Shown piece by piece: positions 15,101-28,133 of a DNA stretch of 64,000 nt. The notes beneath the pieces are model-generated. The model worked only from the letters and a program-made list of their open reading frames with translations. It was not told the origin of the DNA and made no database searches. How positions within the stretch are numbered: the first letter of the stretch is position 1; the number at the start of each line of letters is the position of its first letter. The stretch is from the human T2T-CHM13v2.0 reference genome, Homo sapiens. Location: assembly GCF_009914755.1 (NCBI RefSeq), contig NC_060929.1. The stretch is one strand, 5' to 3'. Both the position numbers and the translations under genes were made by a program.

Positions 15101-15670
15101 CCATCTTTTTTAAGGTGGAATAATATTTCATTGTACATATATGCCAATTTTTTAAATCTATTTACACATTGATAGACATTTAGGTTGTTCCCTTCTCTTG
15201 TTTATTATGAGTAATACTGCAATGGACAAATATTGCATGATTTTGCGCATATGAATTATCTCAAATAGTTAAAGTCACAGAAGCGGAGAGTAGAATGGTG
15301 GTTATCAGGGCCTGGAGAGAAGAACAAATGAGACATTGTGGTTCAAGAGACATAAGATTTCAGTTATGCAAGATGAATGAGTTTTAAAGATCTGCTACAC
15401 AGCATAGTGCCTATAGTTAAAAATTATGTGTTGTACACTTAAAAATTTGTTAAGAGGGTAGATTTTATGTTGTGTTCTTACCACAGAAAAACAAAACAAC
15501 AAGCACCACGAAGGAGCAGGAGGAAGCTGTTGGAGGTGATGAATATGTTTATTACGTTGATTATGGTGTTGGTTTCACAGGTGTATGCGTATGTCCAAAT
15601 TCATCATATTGTATACAGGAAATATGTGCAGTTTTTGGTATCTCCATTATACCTCAAAAAAGACGTAAAA
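12135..15670 (+). mobile_element. Old L1M (L1MA/MB-age) element: 5' UTR, decayed ORF1, ORF2 endonuclease part, inverted segment, 3' UTR
   Basis: ORF1-like sequence at about 12750-13700, ORF2 endonuclease-like at about 14130-15020 (tatgcacccaac, gaccacaatggtatgaaactagaa), L1MB-type 3' UTR at about 15229-15670. Confidence 0.7.
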
Positions 15671-15784
15671 GAAAGAAAATTTAAACTAGTCATTCTCGTA
15701 AAAGACAAAAATCTGAAACAAAATATGTTAGCAAAGAAATTAATATATTAGGAACAAATGTCTTTTATAGAGAGATTTGGTATG

Positions 15785-16340
15785 ATGCTCACACCCTACT
15801 GCTCCAGAACCTGTGCATATGTTACGTTCCATGACAAAAGGGACTTTGCAGATATGATTATGGTAGGGGTTTTTGAGATGAGGAGATTATCCTGGATTAC
15901 CTGTGTGCTTCCTAGTCTAATCACATGGATCTTTAAAAACAGAGAAGCTTCCCTGGATGGGTCAGAGACATGTGATTTGAGCGGGACATGACTTATCATC
16001 AGTGGTTTTGCAAATGGAGGAAAGGGCCAGGATCCAAGGAATGTCTGTGGCCTTTAGAAGCTGGAAACAGGCATCAACTTATAGCCTCCAAAAAAAGAGG
16101 AATCTCAGTCCTATTACAGCAAATAATTGAGTTTTGCCAAAAACCTGAATGAGAAGGAAACAGACCCTCCTTTAGAGGGTCTTTAGAGATGTCAGAATGA
16201 AATGCAACCCTGCCAGCACCTTAATTTTAACCCCTGAGACCTGTATACTAAACTTCTGACCTATAGGTCAGAGTTTCTAAGATAATAAGTTTGTGTTTTT
16301 TAAGCTGCTAAATTTGTAGCAGCAATAGAAAACTAATGCA
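15785..16340 (+). mobile_element. MLT1 (ERVL-MaLR) solo LTR, MLT1D/E-like
   Basis: 'gggactttgcagatatgatta...gagattatcctggatta...ctaatcacatgg' and terminal 'agcagcaatagaaaactaatgca'. Confidence 0.7.
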
Positions 16341-16674
16341 AAAGATGAAAGTGATTTAGCCTTCAAAAATTTTAAGTGTGATTTTTAACAAAAAAAGAAT
16401 AAAACATATGATCCATAACTTTGATGTAGAAAAAATCATTTATTTGATAAAATTCAATAATTGTTCATGAAAAAACCCTTAGCAAATGAGAAATAATATA
16501 GAAACCTGCTAAATATGATAAAGATTGTTTCACATAAGCTACATCAGAAATTTTCCAGTACAGTGTTATGTTAAAATCTTTTTCTCAGAGAATTAAAATA
16601 AGGCCAGGATGCCCACTATTACCACTTTTGAATAAAAATAACTTTGGAAAAATAAGAAAAAAGGGAGTCAACAT

Positions 16675-17173
16675 GATAGATTGATTGCAAAATTTACCCC
16701 AATTCTTTATTTCTCATTAAATCTATGTTTTTGCAAGAGGTAGAGTTTACCTTATACTGCTCCCTTGAATCTGGGTAGGTTTTGTGAATTGTTTTGGCCA
16801 ATAGAATGCGGTGGAAGTGACAGTTTGACCTCGAAAAGTCTTCTACCCGCTGTCTCTTTTAGATCCTTGCTTTCACCATGTCAAAAAGCCTGAACTAGTT
16901 TCCTAGATAATAGAGGCTGTGACTAACAAAGCTGAGGAAACACATGGCCAACTGACATCCACCCCAAGCCAGTGAGAGAGCCATACCCAGGTTAGCATAG
17001 CCCCTTATCTGACTCCCAGCTGACTGCCAAAATATGAGTGAGCTCAAATGAGACCAGAACAAAAGTCCTAGTTATCCATCATCTCGTGAGCAACCATTTT
17101 AATAAGTTGTTTTTAGCCACTTCATTTGAAGCACTTTGATATTCAACTTTATTGTCATACTGGGTAACTAATA
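16675..17173 (+). mobile_element. MLT1F/G/H-like solo LTR
   Basis: 'cccttgaatctggg...ttttggccaatagaatgcggtggaagtgac' and terminal 'gggtaactaata'. Confidence 0.55.
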
Positions 17174-20100
17174 GGATTAAGTATTATAGAGAAAATATGA
17201 CACATATCTATTTACTAGCAGGTAGTGACTTATATTCATCAATTACATTACATACCTGTAAGTAATTTACAGGTGCATGTCTAATTCAACAGCTTAGCTA
17301 ATATAGTTATAAATGTATTAATATTTACTGATACGTTCTCAAACTTATCTTAAATTTGGATAGAAGTTACTGACTACTGAATTTGTGCCCAAGTAACAAC
17401 TGACTATTTCCAATAAAGTCCACCAATAATTTTTATTAACTGGTTATGGCAGAAGAGATACTCAACCAAATAGTAAAGTAAATAATAGTAGAGAAATTAT
17501 GATGTTCAAAAAATAGATAAAATGTTTACAAGAAAAAAACAACAATATAGTTAGCATCGACTGCATTGTCAGATGTAGAAAAAAAGGAGTTTCAGAAGTT
17601 TGCCCTTGTGTTCTATTGGCTAAGATCTGTCAAATTCAACTTCCTTCAACTGCTCAATGCCCATTGTTCTTTGCCTCTCTACTACATTTATCTTGAAGAA
17701 AGTAGAACCAAGGAAAATAGTACTCCGCGCCTATCCATCTTGATAACTTAATGCTTCTCTATGCCTGCAGCATTGCACATTAACGTTTTGAGTAAAATCT
17801 ATAGGTCGATAAATCTCCTGCTTGAAGCACAGTGCCAATCTCTCATGCACTGTAAGGTACCGTCTCTCCTCTAACCAAATTTTTAGACCCTAAATTGATT
17901 TTTTCCAGATGATCCTGTCACAATGTTGGATGACAGAAAACAAGCCATATGTTAGCTATGCTTACACACATCCTGATAAGCGTTAGCATGAACTACTACT
18001 TGATATATGACCACATTAATGTAAATATATCTTCGTTTTAAATCTATGGGCCATGGGATTGCTGAAAAAATAATTCTAACATTACATTATCCACAAAAGG
18101 AAAATAAACTACAAAGCAAAAATTTTCAGATTCTATAACACAGATAATAATATTTCTTGCCATTATTTTACATAAACATTACATAAAGTGCCTATCTAAT
18201 TAGAGATTTGTACAGTATGACTACTTAAAATTACAAATATTTGCAGGAATATGTGTTCACATAAACAGCTGCATTAGCAATACAACCTAGGGGCAACTAC
18301 TTAAACTCTCTGAGTTTCGATATGTTCTTTTACAGAATATACTAATGACACTTCCTAAGACCAAAAGAAGGTAATAGGTAAGTATTTGCTGTTTTCTTGC
18401 ATCAGATATTATGTTCAGCACTTGAGAAATACTGTCTCAATTAATTTAAATTAAACATAATATTAACTAAATGAAGTAACAAAATGTATGGGCAGTTCTT
18501 AGAATACTGATTTTAAAAAGTACATGATAAATGCCAGTCTCCATTGTACTCCATCTTATTGGAAATATGACAAAAGTGTTGTATTTATGCACTTGTATTG
18601 GTGTCCACTTCAACACTTTAAGCTCAAAGGGCCCTAAACCATCCCAGTCACTGCTAGATAAAATGTGTTGGATTAGATTACCTTTACCTCCCATCAAGCT
18701 AATTGGCACCCATTTGTAATTACTGAGGAAAGAAATCATATCACACTACAAATCAAAAGTCTGTGCCACATGGCCTAATAGAGAAGAATTTAATATAAAA
18801 ATTCCTAGTAATTTATCTTTGTTTCCCCATAATGGTTTGCTCCAATAAGAATGAAATATCACCACCAAAGTTGGTATGATTTTTGGGTGCCTTACATCTT
18901 TTAGAGGAATACTTAGATCTCATGGTCCAATATATTGAATCTATCAAAAAATACTAAGTGAAGTTGACCAAATTGACATGCTCCTTTAGTTCATGCTATG
19001 CAGTGTAACAGTGAACTGTATTACTTCCTTTTTTTACAGTACTGTAAACCCCTTATTCCTCATCCTGTATTTAATATGTTTCTTTATTTCCCTTTTTAAA
19101 TGAAAAAAATAGTGGCGATATAAAAGCAATTTGTGGCAGTTTTCTATCTTAAGAGACATCAAGATATATAAGCAAATTCCAGAATTAGTAATATTTACAA
19201 AATTTCCCTGTGACAAATTGTCCAAAAATGTGTTGACTTGCTGTGAAAGTTGCTATTAAAACACACAGCAGGACCTGTCCACTTTAAGAGCCCCAAATGC
19301 AGTCTTGGAGCTCTGAGTGTACCTCACCATGGCCTGTAATATCTGCCCTAAGAGAAATAAAAGGAGTCAGAATGAATACCACCTTGTGGTAAATATCCTC
19401 TACCTATATTGTGAAAAAAAGCAGGGTTGAGATATGCTTACCCATATAAAACCTCGAGACAAAACATCACAAGCAGACAAATAAAACAATGTGGTTAATA
19501 TATAAATATTATCAAATAATCCTAGAGTAGTCTCTAGACAGATTATAAATGTTCTGAAAGTTTTCCCTTAATTGTTAGCCATAAAAATGAGTGGTAGTCT
19601 ACCAAAAGGTATAAATTCTAATTCTATCAGATTCTTAATAATATGTAGCTTCTAAAGATGTCTGTGCTGAGCTGCAGATTCCTTAAAGAGACATTCCCGT
19701 GCTTATAAAGCATTATAACAGTTCTTAGTAGGTAAGGTGTCTCCACCTTATTAGTACTAGAGTCAGTCAATAAAAAATTAAAATGATCCAATCATATTTT
19801 TCCTTGAGAGAAAGAATAACTTATACACGAACACAAGGTGTGTACCATGCCATGTACATATCATGTTTGCCGTGTATATCTTTAGCTTATTAGACATTTT
19901 CACATTCATGGGAAAATCAATATTTCTGTATATCCCTCTTCTATGAAAAAAAGACCAACATTTTCCATTTTTCTTCTATGTGCCATTTAAATAGAGAGAA
20001 AAGGAAAGCTTTGGTTTAAATATCATTGGGGAATAAGTAAATATGATATTATCTACCTCCAAAGAACTATTGTAATGATTCAAAAGAGGCATGGGAATAA

Positions 20101-21822
20101 ACGGGATATTTTAATCTTTATTTCCACACTGCAGGTATTGACATGGACTCTTTTGTCTGTCCACACTGACACTAAGCTCTCAAGATTGCATCGTTAAGCA
20201 TTATGATCTATGGGTCTTGTAAATGCCCAGCACTGTGGGTAAGTGCAAGCACTTTGAATTTCAACCTCATGTGTTTTCTTTATAGGTCTGTGGATATTGC
20301 CTCTGAGATCCAGTTATATTTCCCAGAATGACGGCATTCGGTGTAAATTCACTCAGTAGTCAGCGGGTTGCAATTGTTGGGAGTGGGGTTCTAAGAACTC
20401 ACATAGAGAAAAATGAAGCTTCCTGTTCAGAGGTCCATGTGAGCAATAAGAAAGTCTTCTGGCTCCAGCTCAGGGTTCAGGGTTATTGTCCGCGACCATC
20501 AGGCAGTGGGCTGTAGCAACTTCAAGCATACAACAGTAACAAAGCAACAAAACAGCTCAAAGGAGATTTGCCTTGAGAGGGGTAGAATATGACCAGACAA
20601 TGCGAAAACAGCATAGATTCTCTTCCAGCAACACTGACAATGCTCCTTTTCAACTAGAACAGAAGTAGGATGAGCACGTGTTCTCTCTTGCAATGTAGCT
20701 TGATTAAAAAAAAATCCAATTAGACAATAACTGTAGCTACTTGTTACTTTTATTGATATTTTAATTTTATTTATAACTCAAAAAAGTTAACATCAATGAT
20801 AATATCATCCTTATCCCTTCCCCCAACTCAAATTTCATCGTATATTGACCTCCATATATAAACAAATAAATTTTTACGTAGCTGTAATAATAACAACTAA
20901 AAGAAAAAGCCAATAGTTGCTTTTATGTCAGGCAACATGAACAATAAGTATCTGTGTATGCTCCAGGCTTTATATATTGCCAATATAATTTCAAACTATT
21001 AGTCTGCTAATTTTTATAACTGTTAGGAATTCCAAAGCATAAATGTATCTTTAATGTCTAATATGAATATATGTCGCATTATGACCTCCATGAAAATACA
21101 CAAGTTTTAACCCTGAAGAGGAAGTAATTGGATTTAAAGGCCGGCCCAAATACTCTCCAAAGGAATTCAACTGGGAAAGTGATGTAGCATCTCAAAGCCT
21201 CAATTTCTTTACTTTCAAAATGGGGATAAAATTGGTTTTATTTACAGCATTATTTATTTACTCCATAATTAATATTTACTTCATGGAAAATGCTGAGGAA
21301 ATATTATCTGTACAGTACTTAAGAAATAAATACAATTTAAAAGAGCTGATGTGCTATTTCCACTACAAAATTGTGCTCTTATGGGATGCTGTGGGAAAAT
21401 AAGCTGTTTCTTTTTCGTGAATATAGCACTATTGAAATTTATAAGGACTAACAGAGGTAGGCTTAGCTCTGTAAAATTACTTTCATTAATGTGCACTATT
21501 TTAAAGCATAACTCTATAAGAATGTGTTTTCAGTTTTTTGAATAAGCAACTTCAGAATAATTCACTTATTTTGAAAATAATTAAATGTGAAAGAAAAATA
21601 TGCCTCTTCAATTAATTACAATTTTTCTACATTTCTCCCTATAGACTTCTTTCCAATTACTATGTCAAATAAATATATCCATTGATTTGACTGTTTGCTA
21701 ACATAATGTGCTTCTCCTCGATAGCACCTTCTCTCTTTCTCTCTTACTCCTGAATTGTTTGAGCTGCCAAAAGATGAGTTCTTGGCATCACCCTTCACGA
21801 CACTTAGAATTTCATAAACTTT

Positions 21823-22409
<587 letters not shown>

Positions 22410-23733
22410 TCACTAAATAAAATCTTTCCAAAGAACTCTATACATTAATCACAAATAGAGCATTTAAATTTTTAAACTTTTAAATGCTCTATTTGTGACT
22501 TTCAAGTCCAAGAATTCTATTTTATTTTATGCAAACAAAAATGAAAAAGCATGTGGAGGACAAGCATACACTATAACAGTTAATGATACATTTTACCCCA
22601 TTTGTTACAATATCAATTTTATTTATTTTATTTGGCAGCATTAAGGAGAAATGGTGGAATGTTAATATCAAGTAGCAGAACACATTGTTTTTCAATTTTC
22701 TTGCTTCTTTGGAGCAGTCTACATAAATATAAATAACATGATCTTAAGTAATAGAATAAAGAATGATTCAAACATTTTATATGCCTACAGACTTTTAAGC
22801 TGTAAGCAAGAGTATAATCTTCAAAAGCTCTCTTACAGAAAGGAACACTGTCTTAACAATCAAATAATAAATTTGAATCTAATGTATATATTTAATTTGG
22901 CTTAAAATAAGTAATTACTAGGTAAACAATTAAGATAGCTATTATGGGAATATATACATATGCCTATTCAAAGTCACTGTCTTATCCAAAGCCAATAATG
23001 AACATGAATATAAGAATTATGTGTTTATAGACTTGATTCTATTGTTTTTACTATAATAGAAATATAGTGTTAGTGCTGTGCTACAAACTTCTTCTACCAA
23101 GAAACATCCTTTGTAGAAAACATACTTCATTCTGTCTATGAATTTTGACAAAATAGAGTCTCTTTAAAGAAACAGATTGTGAATAAATGGCATTATAATT
23201 GCACTAAAAATTATATACTTTTATATCAACACAGGCTATAGCAAAAAAATTAACTGGCTAATAGTATGAAAGTATTACTTAGGATTATAGACTTTAGGGC
23301 AAAGCCAGAATTGAACACTATGTCATTTCACAAAAATATTTGGTAATCTATTGAAAATTCAACATTTTTTCTGGTTAATAAAACAAAAATATATTGTCAC
23401 TGAAAAAAATTCTTTTAGGAGGATTCAAAGATAATCACAATGAATCTTGACGTGATCTTGTCCTACATATGGTGATACTGATCCTAGAGTTTAGCTTTTC
23501 TTCCTTCCCTTTCTTCCTTCTTCTTTTCTACCTTTCTTCCTGCCTGACTTTTCTCTGGCTTTCTTTTTCTCTCCTTCCATCTGTCCTCCCACCTTATAGT
23601 CTCCTGCTGTCTGTCTGCCTGTCTCTCCTGGTTATTTACTTGTCCTGTATTTCACACTTGCCTGTCTATTCCCTCTATTTCTAGAATTGGGAAACTGCAC
23701 GGTGTATTTCATTGCCAGATGATTGATGGCGTA

Positions 23734-26401
23734 TGTATTACTGCATTTTCACACTGATATAAAGAACTGCCCAAGACTGGTTAATTTTTGAAGGAAAGAG
23801 GTTCGATTGATTCACATAGTTCAGCATGGCTGGGGAGGCCTCAGGAAACTTACAATCATAGTGGAAAGTGAAGGGGAAGCAAAACACCTTCTTCACAATG
23901 CGACAGGAAGGAGAATGAAAGCAGGAGGAACTGTCAAACACAAAAAAAATTAGATCTCATGAGAACTCATTCACTATCACAAGAACAGCATGGGGGGAAA
24001 CTGCCTCAATGATTCAGTTACATCCACCTGGTCTTCCCCTTGACATATGGGGATTATGAGGATTATGGGAATAACAATTGTATTAGTCTATTTTCATACT
24101 GTAAAGACATACCCAAGACTGGGAAGAAAAAGAGGTTTAATTGGACTTACAGTTCCACATGGCTGGGAAGGCTTCAGAAACATGGTGGGAGGTGAAAGGC
24201 ACTTCTTTCATGGCAGCAGCAAGAGAAAATGAGGAAGAAGCAAAAGCAGAAACCCCGATAAACCTATAAGATCTCATAAGACTTATTCACTATCATGAGA
24301 ATAGCATGGGAAAGACCGGCCCCTATGATTTAATTACCTACCCCTAAGTCTCTCCCACAATATATGGGAATTCTGGAAGATACAATTCAAGTGGAGTTTT
24401 GGGTGGGGACACAGCAAACCATATCATTCCACCCCTGGCCCCTCCAAATCTCCTGTCCTCACATTTCAAAATCAATCATCCCTTCCCAACAGTCCCCAAA
24501 ACTCTTCACTCATTTCAGCATTAACCCAGAAGTTCACAGTCCAAAGTCTCATCCAAGACAAGGAAAGTCCCTTCTGCCTATGAGCTGGTAAAATCAAAAG
24601 CAAGTGAGTTACTTCCTAGATACAATGGGAGTACAGGTATTGGGTATATACAGCCATTCCAAATCGGAGAAACTGATCAAAACAAAGGGGTTATAGGGCC
24701 CATGAAAGTGTGAAATCCAGCAGGGCAGTCAAATTTTAAAGCTCCAAAATGATCTGCCTTGACTCCAGGTCTCACATCCATGTCACGCTATGCAAGAGAT
24801 GGGTTCCTATGGTCTTGGGCAGCTCCACCCCTGTGGTTTTGCAGGGTACAGCCTCCATCCCAGCTGCCTTCATGGGCTGGCATTTAGTGCCTGTGGTTTT
24901 TCCAGGTGATGGTGCAAGCTGTTGGTGGATCTACCATTCTGGGGTCTGGAGGATGGTGGCTGTCTTCTCATAGCTCCACTAGGCAGTGCCCAAGTAGGGA
25001 CTCTGTGTGGGGGCTCTGACCCCACATTTCCCTTCCACACTGCCCTCACAGTTCTCCATGAGGGCCCCATCCCTGCAGCAAACTTTTGCCTGGACATCCA
25101 AGCATTTCCATACATCTTCTGACATCTAGGTGGAGACTCCTAAACCTCCATTCTTGACTTCTGTGTACCCCCAGGCTTAACATCACGTGGAAGCTGCCAG
25201 GGCTTGAGACTTCTACCCTCTGAAGTCACAGCTTGAGCTGTACTTTGGCCTCTGTCAGCCAAGGCTGGAGCAGCTGAGACACAAGGCACCAAGTTCCTAG
25301 GCTGCAAACAGCATGGGGATCCTCAGTCCAGCCCATGAAACCACTTTTTCCTCCTGGGCCTCTGGGCATGTGATGACAGCAGCTGCTGTGAAGGTCTCTG
25401 AAATGGCCGGGAGACATTTTGTCCATGGTCCTGGAGATTAACATTAGGCTCCTTGCTACTTGTGCAAATTTCTGCAGCTGGCTTGAATTTCTCCCCGGAA
25501 AATGTTTTTTTTTTTTTTTCTATTGCATAGTCAGGATGCAAATTTTCCAAACGTTGTCCTCTGTTTCCCTTATAAAACTGAATGCCTTTAATAGCACCCA
25601 AGTCACCTCTTGAACACTTTGCTGCTTAGAAATTTCTTCTGCCAGTACCTAAATCATCTCTCTCAAGTTCAAAGTTCCACAAATCTCTGGGGCAGGGACA
25701 AAATGCCACCAGTCTGTTTGCTAAAACATAACAAGAGTCACCTTTGCTCCAGTTCCCAACAAGTTTCTCATCTCCATCTGAAACCACCTGAATTTCAACC
25801 TGGATTTCATTGTCCATATCACAGAATTTTGTTCAAAGCCATTCTACAAGTCTCTAGGAAGTTCCAAACATTCCCACATTTTCCTGTCTTCTTCTAAGCC
25901 CCTCAAACTGTTCCAGCCTCTACCTGTTACCCAGTTCCAATATCACTTCCACATTTTCGGGTATGTTTTCAGCAGTACCCAACTCTACTGGTAACAATTT
26001 ACTGTGTTAGTTCATTTTTATGCTGCCAATAAAGACATGCCTGAGACTGGAAAGACAAAGAGGTTTAATTAGACTTACACTTACACATGGCTGGGAAGTC
26101 CTCAGAATCATGGCAGGAGGCGAAAGGCACTCCTTACATGGCAATTGCAAGAGAAAATGAGGAAGAAGCAAAAGCATAAACCTCTGATAAGCCTATCAGA
26201 TTTTGTGAGACTTATTCACTATCACAAAATTAGCATGGGAAGACCGGCCCCGATGATTCAATTATCTCCTCCTGGGTCCCTCCCACAACATGCCAGGATT
26301 CTGGGAGATAAAATTCAAGCTGAGATTTGGGTAGGGACACAGCCAAACCATATCAACAATTCAAGATGAAATTTTGCATGGAACACAGCCAAACCATAGT
26401 A
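23734..26401 (-). mobile_element. THE1D-like solo LTR split in two (23734-24078 and 26361-26401) by a THE1A insertion
   Basis: The THE1 LTR sequence breaks at 'ataacaat' and resumes at 'tcaagatgaaattttg...cacagccaaaccat'. Confidence 0.8.
24079..26355 (-). mobile_element. Complete THE1A MaLR element: LTR 24079-24426, internal region, LTR 26003-26355
   Basis: Two direct-repeat LTRs of about 350 bp with TG...CA ends and the THE1A signature 'aagagaaaatgaggaagaagcaaaagc'. 5-bp TSD ACAAT at 24074-24078 and 26356-26360. Confidence 0.9.
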
Positions 26402-28133
26402 GCTTCCTACTAACTCCTGACAACAAGAAGCACTGGCAAAAGATCAAATGGCAAAAGGAAGAGAGGAGATACAATCTTCTGGTTCTGATATGTGACCTTT
26501 GCCACCAATACCAGGAATCTGCTAACATTATAACTTGAGGGGCTGGGGATGGGGTGGGGAGAGAAGAGAGGAGACATCTGGCCTTTGGGTGGTTCAAGTT
26601 TTGGCTGAAGTTGCACCACTTCAGGGGATCCAAAACCAATCACAATAACATCTCCAACATTACAGCCATAGATGTAGCTTTGTAGCCCTCATCACAGGAG
26701 CATCTGCAGTTTCTCACCACTGGCCTCACCATTTTCTCCTGTCTGATATTCCAGGCCCCCCACCTGGTCTACCCCATCCCTCTCCCTTCATCTTTTCTAT
26801 CCTTATACCACTTTGTAAACAGTTACCTGTAATAAACTGGTTTTCTTTGAAATGTCTAGACTTGTTTCTGTTTCACTCATGTTGCCTATTTGTCTATCTG
26901 TGTCTATCCTTCTGTCTATCTATCTATTTATTCATCCCTCTATCCATCTATTCACCTCTTTATCATCACTTAGTCCATCACATCTGTCTTCCTTTTATCT
27001 GTATATTATCTCATGCATCATAGAAATACATAAATATGGTGTGTACAATGTTTTATAAATGTTTATGTTCATATGACAACATATTGTGGATATCTTTACA
27101 TGTCAACCTCTATAAAATACATTTATGATATGCATTTTAAGTAATTTATTTGACCAATCTTTTAGCTGTTTCCAAGGTTTCTCTTATTATAGATAATATC
27201 ACAGTTGTATAGGTAATTTTTGCACACATAGTTATTTATTGCTAATATCCTAGAGCAGAAATTATTGTGTCAACATTGACATATTTTTCTACAAAGGATT
27301 ACATCATAGTTACACTTCTCCCTGTAGTAAATTACAGTGACTGTTTCTCTCAAACTCTGGTCTCAAATATTTTTTATATTGTATTCTGAGAGTTGTATTG
27401 GTAAAAATTTTATTGTTTTGATCTCCAATGAGGCAGACTATATCCATCATTTATATTTCTTTTTTTTTAATTGCCTAGGATGATTATTGCTCACTATTTT
27501 ACTAGAATATTTATTTTTCTTATTTAAACTTTTAAATTTATCTCTAAATAAGGCTAGTGCACATTACAAGAGTTATTTTAGGTATAAATTTTAAACTATT
27601 ATGTATTTACATTCACCTTTCTTTTTATAATGATTTTGCCTCTTCTTATCAGACTCAAAAGACCTTTTCTAATACACATCTGCAGAGACCTACAAATATA
27701 TTTTATTCTCATTAATACCACCGTTAATCTGTTCTACTAAAGTCAGAAGTAATGAGTTCATGTTTGAAAAATTCCCTCTCCTTATATATCAAGTTGTGTT
27801 GATTCTACTTCCAAAATGTTTCCCAAACCCACTTGTATAACAAGTCAATGGCCATCACCCTCCTCCACACTATATTCTAGCCCTAGAAATTATGCAATTG
27901 CCTTCAAGCTGGTCTTTCCAGTTTCACTCTTACTTTCAAAATCCATTATCCACATTCTGAGTAATTATTTTACAAATATAAATGGAATTAATGTCTCCTG
28001 CCTGAAACCCTGTAAGTGTTCACCTTTTCTTAGAATTAAACCTAAACCCTTCCTATGTTTGGCCTGGGCTTCCAACATCTCCAAGCTCATTGGATAACAC
28101 AGGCATCAGTCATTAACTTCATATCACAATGGC

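Noticed and set aside
20239-20285. GTAAGT...TTTTCTTTATAG mini-intron next to a modestly GC-richer unique segment
   Set aside because: 47 nt is too short for a human spliceosomal intron, and no convincing reading frame flanks it. A lncRNA exon cannot be excluded without RNA data.
26402-26880. Possible additional old LTR fragments here and at about 56060-56450 and 60370-60920
   Set aside because: LTR-like in composition, but I could not assign family or boundaries by eye.
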